This document shows, piece by piece, positions 30,957 to 40,412 of a DNA stretch of 64,000 nucleotides (positions are counted from its first letter, which is position 1; every line of letters starts with the position of its first letter). The stretch is from Gammaproteobacteria bacterium (GTDB taxonomy: Bacteria > Pseudomonadota > Gammaproteobacteria > Eutrophobiales > Eutrophobiaceae), in NCBI GenBank assembly GCA_965116495.1, contig OZ220696.1:1600001-1664000 (forward strand), in the 5' to 3' direction. Under the pieces are notes generated by a model that did no database searches, had not been told where the DNA came from, and saw only the letters and a program-made list of their open reading frames with translations. The position numbers and the translations under genes are program-made.

Positions 30957-31062
30957 GCCGCGTCGGCGTGAAGAATTCCCGGAACTGGAAAGTGCGCCAC
31001 GTGATTACGCAGAGAAAGTATTACCCGGTGAGAATTGGCAAATTGGTAAACATGGGCACTAG
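30940..31062 (+). pseudogene. Internally deleted second AhpD/CMD-like paralog (40 aa)
   Basis: AGGA-preceded ATG; MAGRLEPRRREEFPELE fused to SAPRDYAEKVLPGENWQIGKHGH*, which resembles the C-terminus of the upstream gene. Confidence 0.7.
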
Positions 31063-31187
31063 TTTCACTTTCGTCGCTTTTTCATCATCAACCGGAAAAT
31101 CCGACTGCATCCGCCAAAACTGGCCGCCAGGAGGTCCGTCGCTAATTTACTTGGATTAGTCATCTTGTAACGCAATGAGGAAATAAT

Positions 31188-33218
31188 ATGCTAAACATTG
31201 GTGTTGATACCGGAGGGACATTTACGGACTTCGCTGTCTTTGATGATCAGCACAATACCTTGCAAGTAGCCAAGACAGCCTCCACCCCTGACGATCCGAC
31301 CCAAGCCTTTATGAACGGGCTGAAGGAGCTGGATATCGACCTGGACAGCGTATCCCGCATTGTGCACGGGACGACCATCGCGACCAATGCGGTGCTGGAA
31401 AGAAATAACGACTCGACGGCTGTCGTTGTTACCAAAGGTCACCGGGATATAGTTGAAATAGGACAACTTCGATTGTATGCAGAAAATGTCATTTTCAACA
31501 GGCACTATCAACGCCCGCCACCGTTTGTCCCGCGCAATCTCAGGTTCGAAATTCGAGAACGTATTGGACCGGATGGTGAAGTGCTTATTCCCGTGGATGA
31601 TAAAGAACTGGAATTCATCATCAAATGCATTCAGAACAGTAACATCGATTCCGTAGCCGTGTGCCTTTTGAACTCCTATGTTAATTCCGGCCATGAAAAG
31701 TATGTAACTGACAAAATCAAACAAGCTTTACCTAATGTGACTGTTTCCCAGTCCATGGAGATATCACCGGAATTCAGGGAGTTTGAGAGGTGGGCGACTA
31801 CAGTGTTAAATGCCTATGTCGATACTTCTGTCAGTAAATACCTGCGCAACCTGAGCCGAACCTTGCGCGCTGCCGGTTATAACGGTGAACTGTTTTATAT
31901 GACATCAAGTGGCGGCATTCTTACTGAGAACATCGCACCTGACCAACCAGTTCGTTTATTATTATCCGGACCTGCAGCCGGTGTCAGGGCGGGTATTCAT
32001 CTGGGTAAATTTGGTGGATTTAAAAATATTATTACTTATGACATGGGGGGTACCAGTACCGACATCAGCCTGATCCAGGACCTGAACCCTATCATTACCC
32101 ATGAGCGCCAGTTTGCCGGGACGGTAATAAAGACCCCCCAACTGGATATTATTACAATCGGCGCAGGCGGTGGCAGTATAGCCTGGGTGGATCGCGACAA
32201 AAGTCTGAAAGTCGGACCCCGTAGCGCTGGCGCCAAACCGGGGCCCGCCTGCTATGAACGCGGCGGCAGCAAACCGACGGTAACAGATGCAAATCTCCTC
32301 TTGGGCCGGATCGGAGAAGCATCCGCTCTCGGCGGAGCCATGCAACTGAACAAGAGACTTGCAGGACACGCAATTTCAAGCTTGAGCGAAGCTACAGGCA
32401 TAGATGATCCCCATCAACTTGCCGAAGGCATTCTCAGGATATGTAACAACAATATGGCCGGTGCCGTGCGTAACGTTTCCGTTGAACGCGGTCTTGATCC
32501 CCGTGACTTTGCCCTCATGCCCATGGGTGGCGCGGGCCCAATGCATGCGGTCGCTGTCGCCGATGAATTAGGTATAGACAATGTGTTGATTCCGGCGAAT
32601 CCGGGTAATGCCTGTGCAACCGGACTACTCGCCACAGACCTGCAGCATGACTATGTCCGGACCTACGTAACTGAGATGCAGGATGCGAATATTGATACGG
32701 TACACGAATTGACCAGGGAGATGGAAAGCCTGGGTCGAAAACAATTGCTTCAGGAGGGGCTTCCGGAGCAGCGAATCAAGCTTCGCTGCAGTGCAGACAT
32801 GCGTTATTCAGGACAGTCGTTTCAGCTCGAGGTGCCGGTAACTGAGAAAACCACACTTGAGGACATGGAAATGGCGTTTCATGAGAGTTATCAGAACGTT
32901 TATGGATACAACAGGCGAGAGAAACCGGTTGAACTGGTGTATTTACGCGCTGTTGCGTCCGGTATTGTCGATAAACCTGTTCCCAGCATCGGAACTCCGG
33001 GAATGACAAACGGCGGTAGCAAAGAAAATCGTGAAATCTATTTCGACGGCAGGTTTCATAACTGTGACATTTATGAACGGAGCCGTCTTGACACCGATAC
33101 GAAAATCAACGGCCCCGCAGTTATCCAGGAATATGGTTCAACGACAGTACTACCTCCCGCTTGGCAGGCATGTCCCGACGAATTCGGCAACCTGCATTTA
33201 AGACGAATACAGGAGTAG
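31188..33218 (+). CDS. Hydantoinase/oxoprolinase subunit A (ATP-dependent cyclic amide hydrolase)
   Basis: GVDTGGTFTD, HGTTIATNA, SGPAAGV, DMGGTSTD, GAGGGSIA, GPRSAGAKPGPACY, PTVTDAN. Confidence 0.92.
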   Translation: MLNIGVDTGGTFTDFAVFDDQHNTLQVAKTASTPDDPTQAFMNGLKELDIDLDSVSRIVHGTTIATNAVLERNNDSTAVVVTKGHRDIVEIGQLRLYAENVIFNRHYQRPPPFVPRNLRFEIRERIGPDGEVLIPVDDKELEFIIKCIQNSNIDSVAVCLLNSYVNSGHEKYVTDKIKQALPNVTVSQSMEISPEFREFERWATTVLNAYVDTSVSKYLRNLSRTLRAAGYNGELFYMTSSGGILTENIAPDQPVRLLLSGPAAGVRAGIHLGKFGGFKNIITYDMGGTSTDISLIQDLNPIITHERQFAGTVIKTPQLDIITIGAGGGSIAWVDRDKSLKVGPRSAGAKPGPACYERGGSKPTVTDANLLLGRIGEASALGGAMQLNKRLAGHAISSLSEATGIDDPHQLAEGILRICNNNMAGAVRNVSVERGLDPRDFALMPMGGAGPMHAVAVADELGIDNVLIPANPGNACATGLLATDLQHDYVRTYVTEMQDANIDTVHELTREMESLGRKQLLQEGLPEQRIKLRCSADMRYSGQSFQLEVPVTEKTTLEDMEMAFHESYQNVYGYNRREKPVELVYLRAVASGIVDKPVPSIGTPGMTNGGSKENREIYFDGRFHNCDIYERSRLDTDTKINGPAVIQEYGSTTVLPPAWQACPDEFGNLHLRRIQE

Positions 33219-33222
33219 AGTC

Positions 33223-35271
33223 ATGACAGCAAGGGTCGATCCGATTACGCTTGAAGTCGTACAAGGCTCATTCATCACGACAGTACGGAACATGCGGGCA
33301 ACACTGATCCGTACGTCTTATGCCCCCATCCTTTATGATACCCGTGATCTCTCCTGTGCATTGTTGAGCCCTGCCGGGGAACTCGTCGCCATGTCTGACG
33401 GTGATTTTTCCGGGCATGTATTCTCGCTGCAGCTCGGTCTGGCGCCAATCCTGAAAAAGTTTGGCGGGCGCATGCGTCCGGGGGATGTTTATATGTTTAA
33501 CGATCCCTACACGGGTGGCACCCACATGAATGACATCGCGTTTTACAAGCCGCATTTTATCAAGGACCGGATCATATTATTTGAAACGGTACGGGCACAC
33601 TGGTCCGATGTTGGCGGCGCGACCCCTGGTAGTTTTTCCGGGCAGGATACGGAGATTTTCCAGGAAGGTGTCCGTATTCCGCCGGTCAAACTGGTTGATC
33701 AAGGGCAAATAAACCAGGACCTCTGGGATCTGTTGTTTGCCAATGTCCGTCTCGCTGACGAACAGGAAGGTAATGCCCTGGCAATGTTGGACAGCGTAAA
33801 CGTGGGTGACAAGCAGATCAATGAACTGTGTGAAAAATACAGTACGGAAGTCATCGAACAATGTCGTGACACCATGCTGGATCGTGCCGAACAAACCCTG
33901 AAGGAAGAAATAGGAAAACTTACCCCAGGTGAATACTACGTCGAGCACTACTGCGACAATACCGGCATCACTCCCGACCCGGTGCCCATACGAATTCGCA
34001 TGACAGTGCAGGATGAATCCCTGAAATTTGATTTCACCGGTACCGCGGCGGAGTTTGAAGGACCCATGAACATCGGTCCGGCAGTGACCCAGGCGGGTGT
34101 GTTTGTGATTGTCAAAGCCTGGCTCGACCCGCTTACACCGGTAAACGGCGGCACTTTCCGGCCTATGGAATTCGTCCTGCCAAAAGGCACCATTGTAAAT
34201 GCAAACCCGCCGCGCGCGGTGGCCGGGGTCTGGGAGTTGTACCGTAAGATACAATCCGCCGTGGCCGGTATTTTCAGCCAGGTCCAGCCGGATAATGCAG
34301 GTGGGGCCGCAATGGAGACGATTAACCATATCTATATCACGAGCTTCGACCCGGTTGCCGGTAAACACTATATTCTGTATGAATATCCGCAAGGGGGTTT
34401 CCCTGCGACCAGTATAAGTGACGGTTCCACGGGCAGTCCCTCCTATGACGGTGGTGACGTCCCGAGTATCTACCCGGTGGAAAGCTCGGAGCAACGGCAA
34501 CCCTTACGCATTGAAAGCACTGAAATAACCACCGATGGCGAAGGCGCAGGAAAATTCAGAAGCGGCTTTGGCATCACACGCCGTCTTCGGGTGATTGGCG
34601 ATAACAGCCAGCTAAATGTCATGTCAGACGCTTCGGTGATTCCTCCATGGGGTGTGGCAGGAGCGACGGAAGGCGGTTTTAACGCGTGTGGCGTCATCCG
34701 TGACGGTGAACCAATCGAACCTTCCAACCTGCCCGGCAAGGTACGATCATTTCCCCTGAAGGATGGCGACTTGGTAATTATGCGCGCCACCTCCGGAGGG
34801 GGAGTGGGAGATCCGCTGGATCGCGATCCTGAACTGGTGTTGAACGACGTGCTGCTGGAGTATGTCAGCAAACAACGCGCCCATGACGTTTACGGCGTAG
34901 TGATAAACGATGGAACTGTAAATGGCGCGGCAACGGTGGCATTACGTTCGAAACTACGCCGGGAAAAACATCATATTAATATTATCGCCGCAGATGAAGA
35001 TACTTATGACCACAGGGGTTGCCGTGTCAGCACACTTAATGCAGGTGACGCCGGCTCACTGGGTCTGAAAGATGGTGAAATGATTGAGTTTGTTCCCGAT
35101 ATCGGCGCACCGTTACGTAGCTGGGCATTTATTTCAAATGAAATCGAACAAGGCGCCATCAAATTAGGGCCGCTGGGTCAAGCGGCACTCAGGATCAAGA
35201 ATGGTGAGCAGATTCAGATCCGCCGTTTAAAACAGGCGCCCCCGATTACCCATTACAACCAGCGTCGCTGA
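33223..35271 (+). CDS. Hydantoinase B/oxoprolinase subunit with a C-terminal extension
   Basis: DPITLEV, NDPYTGGTHMND, AHWSDVGG..PGS, FQEGVRIPP, GAGKFRSG, SGGGVGDP. Confidence 0.9.
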   Translation: MTARVDPITLEVVQGSFITTVRNMRATLIRTSYAPILYDTRDLSCALLSPAGELVAMSDGDFSGHVFSLQLGLAPILKKFGGRMRPGDVYMFNDPYTGGTHMNDIAFYKPHFIKDRIILFETVRAHWSDVGGATPGSFSGQDTEIFQEGVRIPPVKLVDQGQINQDLWDLLFANVRLADEQEGNALAMLDSVNVGDKQINELCEKYSTEVIEQCRDTMLDRAEQTLKEEIGKLTPGEYYVEHYCDNTGITPDPVPIRIRMTVQDESLKFDFTGTAAEFEGPMNIGPAVTQAGVFVIVKAWLDPLTPVNGGTFRPMEFVLPKGTIVNANPPRAVAGVWELYRKIQSAVAGIFSQVQPDNAGGAAMETINHIYITSFDPVAGKHYILYEYPQGGFPATSISDGSTGSPSYDGGDVPSIYPVESSEQRQPLRIESTEITTDGEGAGKFRSGFGITRRLRVIGDNSQLNVMSDASVIPPWGVAGATEGGFNACGVIRDGEPIEPSNLPGKVRSFPLKDGDLVIMRATSGGGVGDPLDRDPELVLNDVLLEYVSKQRAHDVYGVVINDGTVNGAATVALRSKLRREKHHINIIAADEDTYDHRGCRVSTLNAGDAGSLGLKDGEMIEFVPDIGAPLRSWAFISNEIEQGAIKLGPLGQAALRIKNGEQIQIRRLKQAPPITHYNQRR

Positions 35272-35310
35272 CTTCAAAACAACTGACACGGGTTGAACGG
35301 AATAAGGGTT

Positions 35311-36568
35311 ATGAGAAAAATCGCTATCGTAGGCTCCGGCCAGGCCGGATTGCAACTGGGCTTTGGACTGCTGAGGGCCGGTTATGAACCGACAATCTAT
35401 TCCGACATGACCGCCAGGCAAATCTATGACAGTCCACAACGGCCGGTGACCATACAGTTTGACCCGTCGGTAACATTTGAAGATGAACTTGAACTGCGCT
35501 TCTGGCGGGAGAATCGCTACAGCCTGATACACGAAGTCTACATGACGGTATTCTCACCGGAGGGTGAGAGGTTAATGGTGGTTAACGGGGAATTTGATAA
35601 ACCGGCACAGTGCATGGATTTGCGGATGAAGTTCAGCAAATGGCTGGAAGAGTTTGAAACCCGGGGGGGGAAACGTAGTCATAGAAAAATGCGACATCGA
35701 TTCCATTGAACGCATGGCTACGAATAATGACCTCGTCATCATCGCAGCGGGGCGCGGGCAGTTTATGGAATTGTTTGAAACGGATGATAGCAAGATGGAA
35801 TTTGACCGACCGCAGCGGCAAGTCGCCATGTTCTGTACCCGGGGGAGTAATATGCATAAACAACTGGAAGACGTGCCCGGGGCAACAGACAAACAGATTT
35901 CACGTTACAGCGTCATCGCAGGTGTGGGTGAAGTAATCAAGGCGCCGTACCTGAGCAAATCGGGCGAGGAACATCATTATGTGCAGTTTGAGGCCATACC
36001 CGGCGCTGGGATGGATATGTTTGACCGCCGGGCTGATGTCGATGAACAATATGAAATAGGCAAGGAATGGTTGCGTAGACATCAGCCACTGATTTATGAG
36101 TTGATTGCCGGGTCGACCACAACACCGGAAAAAGAATGGGTCTGCGGCATGATCCCGCCTACAGTACGCAGGCCGGTCGGACGCCTGCCCAGCGGCAACG
36201 TCGTTTTCGGTGTTGGTGATGCGGCCATCCTTAATGATCCCATACTGGCGCAGGGCCTGAACGGCGCATCGAAATGGATGGCGCTGTTGCTTAATCAGAT
36301 CGTAGCGCATGCTGGTGCACCGTTTACGGCTGAATGGATGCAGGCGTCTTTTGACGAATACTGGCAGACTGCCCAATACAACAATAAATTTACCAATACC
36401 GGTTTACGCGGCCCTGGTGAAGTGCAACAAAAACTCATGCTGGCCGCAAGTCAAAACAAAAAGCTGGCGCATAAATTCATAAACAGTATCGGCGATGCCT
36501 CTAAATTTCATCCGTGGTATTGGGATGCAAAAGAAGCCGAGAGAATGATAGCAGAATACAGTAATTAA
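35311..36568 (+). pseudogene. Styrene/indole monooxygenase (StyA/IndA-like) oxygenase, frameshifted at a G8 run
   Basis: MRKIAIVGSGQAGLQL FAD motif in one frame; VRRPVG.LPSG, GDA.ILNDPILAQGLN in the next; removing one G from 35663-35670 gives ...EEFETRGGNVVIE... Confidence 0.82.
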
Positions 36569-36578
36569 GGCAACGATA

Positions 36579-36866
36579 ATGAACGTTATAATCGCATTAG
36601 AAGTCACGGCAAAAGCAGGAAAGGAAGACGCTCTACGGGAGTTTTTTGATGAAACGCTTCCGGACACGCGTAAGTTTGAGGGTTGTATCAGTGTGGAAGC
36701 TCACTCAGAAAACTCTCATCCCGAGAATATATTTCTGTTTGAAGAATGGACATCCAAATCAGCCTACGAAAATTATCTTGCCTGGCGGGGAGAGCGTGGA
36801 GATTTTGAAAAGCTTATGAATTTAATTCAGGGAGAACCGGTTATTCGTTTCTTTGACAGGATTTAG
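36579..36866 (+). CDS. Antibiotic biosynthesis monooxygenase (ABM)/putative quinol monooxygenase
   Basis: 95 aa; LPDTRKFEGC, FEEW.SK..Y..YLAWR.ERG. Confidence 0.85.
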   Translation: MNVIIALEVTAKAGKEDALREFFDETLPDTRKFEGCISVEAHSENSHPENIFLFEEWTSKSAYENYLAWRGERGDFEKLMNLIQGEPVIRFFDRI

Positions 36867-36884
36867 CCTGTCTTTTGGCTGATT

Positions 36885-36935
36885 GGGGACGGACCCCCGC
36901 TTAGAACATGCGGAGGTATGCTTGAATCCGTCCCC
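36885..36935. repeat. About 52-bp composite GGGGAC-type palindrome with an internal CCCCCGC..GCGGGGG hairpin
   Basis: Close copies at 50496-50547 and (reverse) 55592-55643. Confidence 0.8.
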
Positions 36936-36945
36936 TTACTGTCTG

Positions 36946-37221
36946 TCAAGCGGCGATTTGCAGCGGATGCAAACCTGCCTTGGCCGCCATGGAAACAAGG
37001 GAATCGATTGAAAACCCTGACATTTTTCCCCTACACACGTCCCCAATTCGGGAACGCTGCACGCCCATGATTTCAGCAGCCTGTTTCTGCGTCAAACCAT
37101 TTTCCTTGATATAAGCAATAATGGCGTCAAACAAGGCAGCCTTGAGTTTCAACTGCTCAGCCTTACCCGGATCAGGCTCCAGATCATCGAACACGCTCCC
37201 GGTAGTTATTTGCTGTTTCAT
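36946..37221 (-). CDS. XRE/HigA-like antitoxin
   Basis: GSVFDDL, LTQKQAAEIMGVQRSRIGD..GK...FSIDSL HTH. Confidence 0.85.
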   Translation of the reverse strand: MKQQITTGSVFDDLEPDPGKAEQLKLKAALFDAIIAYIKENGLTQKQAAEIMGVQRSRIGDVCRGKMSGFSIDSLVSMAAKAGLHPLQIAA

Positions 37222-37565
37222 TTCAGATTCTCTTTTGCATCCAGATATCGCTTTATGATCATTGCCTTATTGGGCATTGCCGTCGCTTGTGAAGTCTTCT
37301 GCCAGCAGTGTAGGACAGTAATATAACCACTGAATTTAGTCACGTAAGCAATTCGAAAAATAGCATTATCCTCTCTGGTTCGGATTTCATAAACTCCTGT
37401 GATGCCTCTGCCCAGGCCTGTTAAAGGCCTCCAGTCCTGCGATTCATTCCCTTCCTGCAAACGATGTAACTGATAACCAGCATCCTGAATAGCATTCTTC
37501 GGAAAAGCCATCAGTTCATCCTTGCTTTGTCCTACCCACCAGATTGGCTTGAGAATCCCTTCCAT
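37218..37565 (-). CDS. RelE/HigB-like (phage gp49-like) toxin
   Basis: FP.....AGYQL.RLQ.G..DWRP....G.GVYEIR, VLHCWQKTSQ; stop overlaps the antitoxin start. Confidence 0.85.
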   Translation of the reverse strand: MEGILKPIWWVGQSKDELMAFPKNAIQDAGYQLHRLQEGNESQDWRPLTGLGRGITGVYEIRTREDNAIFRIAYVTKFSGYITVLHCWQKTSQATAMPNKAMIIKRYLDAKENLK

Positions 37566-37687
37566 AAAATGGATTGTATAATATCTTATACAAAAAATAA
37601 AGGGGGGGTTTGAACCACTGAATCTATCTTCACTAGGCTAAGGAAAAAAGCCAGTTAGATAAACCAGATACTTTTTAATTCAACAAA

Positions 37688-37951
37688 CTACAGGCTATGG
37701 GTGAAGCGATTGTGCCATCCTGAAAATTCCATCGGTTCGGTAATTTCTCGCTCGGGTAATTCAAGCTCCTGACCGCCGTAAGCAGGCGCAAAAAGACGGA
37801 CAGCCAGATTACCGAGTCTTCCCGGTGTTGACACCGCCTGCTTGATAATTTGCCGAACTTCCTCTTCCATTGAGACACCATGCTGCGCGGCGCGGACACG
37901 TAACCTTCTCACCGTATCATCATCAAGTTTTCGAACACTCAGACTGGTCAT
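37688..37951 (-). CDS. FitA/StbC-like ribbon-helix-helix antitoxin (no intact partner toxin)
   Basis: LSVRKLDD....RLRVRAAQHGVSMEEEVRQII. Confidence 0.8.
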   Translation of the reverse strand: MTSLSVRKLDDDTVRRLRVRAAQHGVSMEEEVRQIIKQAVSTPGRLGNLAVRLFAPAYGGQELELPEREITEPMEFSGWHNRFTHSL

Positions 37952-38074
37952 ATTTCACTCCTGATGCATATAGATATATTGAAAGCAATACCGTCAAAAA
38001 TCTATGTAATTCTGAAGTTCAAGTTCATTATTACACAGATTAGACCTTCGGATGCGGGGGCATCCCCACAGTCT

Positions 38075-40348
38075 TCAGAACGTAAACGTCACCTCCCCCC
38101 CGATGACCCGGCCCTTGGCCAGCGCCCCGTAGGCGCCGCCCAGGGGGACGGGTCCCAGCATTGTCGGAAGCAGAGCGTCGCCACCGTGCTTGACCTCATT
38201 CAGCAGGTTCTTGCCGTAGACTGAAAACACCCAGTGCTCGTTTTCCGAGTGGAAGTCCAGGCTGGCATCGAGTATCTTTTGCGACAGAATATAACCCAGG
38301 TTGTTATCGGTGTAGCTGGACTTATCCCTGTAGGAGTAACTGACCCGTGAGGCGATATGGCCCCAGTCGCCGACCTGCTGGCGGCGCCTGAGGCCCAGAC
38401 TCCAGGTCCACTCCGCGGCGCGGGGCAGGTCCAGGTTCTTGTCCCGGCCGTCAAGCACACCATCGCTATTGAGATCGAAACTTACTTTCGTATAATCAGC
38501 ATCCAGCCAGCCTGCTGAAGCGGTAGCCTGGAGGTCTTCCGTCAGGTTGACGGCGCCGTCCAGTTCAATGCCGAGAATTTCAGCGTCCGCGGTATTCTTG
38601 ATGACCTGTACTACGCCTGAGAAGGGATCGGCCAGGTTGACTTCCCGTTGCATGTCTTCGATGTCATTGAAAAACAGTGCACCGTTCAGGTAGCCTTGCC
38701 CGAAACTGAACTTGAAGCCGAGTTCATAGCTGTCAACTGTCTCCTCGTCAAACGGACCGGGACCGAGGTTAACAGTATCGATGGCCGTGTTGCGCAGGTT
38801 GTAACCGCCGGAACGGAAACCCCGGGTCCAGTGGGCGTAGATGCGCGCCGTATCGGAGAAGTGGTAAATCATACCCAGCTTGGGCGACCAGTTTTTCCAG
38901 TCTTCGCTGTCGGTGAAATCAAATGGGCAGGTACCGTCCAGCACGTTACAGGGTGAATTCACGTTCCTGATCAGGGATGCTATGTCTGCCTCTTTCTCTT
39001 CCGATGTGTAGCGCAATCCGGCGCTGAGCGTTACGGACTCGCTGAGGTCATAGTCCACCGCCGCGAACACCCCGATAGTTTCTACATTGTATTCGCCGCC
39101 CCCATCCTGGGTCAGCGCCGGTGAACCGTCCGGGGTTAACAATCCCAGCAGGTTGCGCCGCTCATAGTAATCAATGTCGTTATTGAAATAGTAAATTCCC
39201 GCGGTCAGGTTGAAGCGCCCGGTGAATACGCCGTTGTAGCGAAGTTCGTTGCTCACCTGCTCGGATTCCGTGATTCCGATGCCATGAAACAGGCTGACCG
39301 GTTGGGAATCGATATCGCTGAGAAACGCCGATTCACTGTTCCGATAGCCGAAAATATTGGTAATTACGCCATTATTGCCTACATTCAAACTCATTTCTGC
39401 AGTGACAAAGTGGGTTTTCACATCCAGGAAGCCTTCCTCATCGATGGAAAAGTCATGACTATCCCGGTCAAAATTTACCGGTGACCCATCTATCCCGAGT
39501 CCATTGGTGTGCGCCTGGGAAGCGGAACCGTCGCCTTCGTTTTCCAGGTATTGATAGCGCAGGACCAGTTCCAGGTTTTCACCGGGTTTCCAGACCACCA
39601 CGGGACGAAACATGATCTGTTCGAGTGCGCCGAAATCATCACCGGTAAGTTTGTTCTCAAACCAGCCGTCATCATCGTTATAGTAGCCTGTGACGCCGAT
39701 GCTCAAAGTGTCACTGACCGGCCCGCTCATACTACCCATCAAGTACTTGTTCAGACCACCATCGCCGCCGCCGTCCAGCGCTGTACGCACGCGGGCCTCG
39801 AACTCGTCACCGGGTTTTCGGGTGTTCACCAGGATGGCGCCGCCGGTCACGTTACGCCCGAACAGGATTCCCTGGGGACCGCGCAGCACCTGGATACTCT
39901 CCAGGTCAAACAGGTCGAAAGCAACGCCATTGTTCGTACCTAGGTAAACGCCGTCCACAAATACACCGACGGTGGGATCGATGGACGCAATGGAACTGTT
40001 TATCCCCAGTCCGCGCATGGAAAAGTTGGCAATTCCCCTGGCGGTACCCACCTCATCCAGGGCCACGTTGGGCAGGCTCACGGCAAGGTCAGTCAGACCG
40101 CGTATTTTGCGCGCCCCTATCTCGCCGGCGCCCAGCGCACTCACCGAAAGCGGCACATCGAAGACCGTTTCTTCCCGTTTGCGCGCAGTGACCACCACCT
40201 CTTCAATCATGGGGACCATATCGCTGTGGTGATGGGCTTCCTGTGCGTAAGCTGCCTGCAGGGTGAAGGCGCCGCTGGGTATCAGGAGTGCGGCGGATAG
40301 TATAGAGATGTTACGGCAATGATTGACCATGTCGTGTGTTCTCTCCAT
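38075..40348 (-). CDS. TonB-dependent receptor
   Basis: EEVVVTARKREE, VLRGPQGILFGRNVTGG, C-terminal TFTF. Confidence 0.92.
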   Translation of the reverse strand: MERTHDMVNHCRNISILSAALLIPSGAFTLQAAYAQEAHHHSDMVPMIEEVVVTARKREETVFDVPLSVSALGAGEIGARKIRGLTDLAVSLPNVALDEVGTARGIANFSMRGLGINSSIASIDPTVGVFVDGVYLGTNNGVAFDLFDLESIQVLRGPQGILFGRNVTGGAILVNTRKPGDEFEARVRTALDGGGDGGLNKYLMGSMSGPVSDTLSIGVTGYYNDDDGWFENKLTGDDFGALEQIMFRPVVVWKPGENLELVLRYQYLENEGDGSASQAHTNGLGIDGSPVNFDRDSHDFSIDEEGFLDVKTHFVTAEMSLNVGNNGVITNIFGYRNSESAFLSDIDSQPVSLFHGIGITESEQVSNELRYNGVFTGRFNLTAGIYYFNNDIDYYERRNLLGLLTPDGSPALTQDGGGEYNVETIGVFAAVDYDLSESVTLSAGLRYTSEEKEADIASLIRNVNSPCNVLDGTCPFDFTDSEDWKNWSPKLGMIYHFSDTARIYAHWTRGFRSGGYNLRNTAIDTVNLGPGPFDEETVDSYELGFKFSFGQGYLNGALFFNDIEDMQREVNLADPFSGVVQVIKNTADAEILGIELDGAVNLTEDLQATASAGWLDADYTKVSFDLNSDGVLDGRDKNLDLPRAAEWTWSLGLRRRQQVGDWGHIASRVSYSYRDKSSYTDNNLGYILSQKILDASLDFHSENEHWVFSVYGKNLLNEVKHGGDALLPTMLGPVPLGGAYGALAKGRVIGGEVTFTF

Positions 40349-40412
40349 CCACGTTTAGATATACCGGTTGATTGTATTATAAAAATATCAATGGGGTCAG
40401 ACTCGATTGATA

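Noticed and set aside
33577-34500. Long antisense ORFs (also 46561..47361, 48266..49150, 61345..62097)
   Set aside because: They lie opposite well-supported genes, lack motifs, and are expected from GC-rich codon bias
35655-35680. Programmed ribosomal frameshift at GGG GGG AAA C
   Set aside because: Restoring the frame needs +1, whereas this slippery type drives -1 shifts; an indel is simpler
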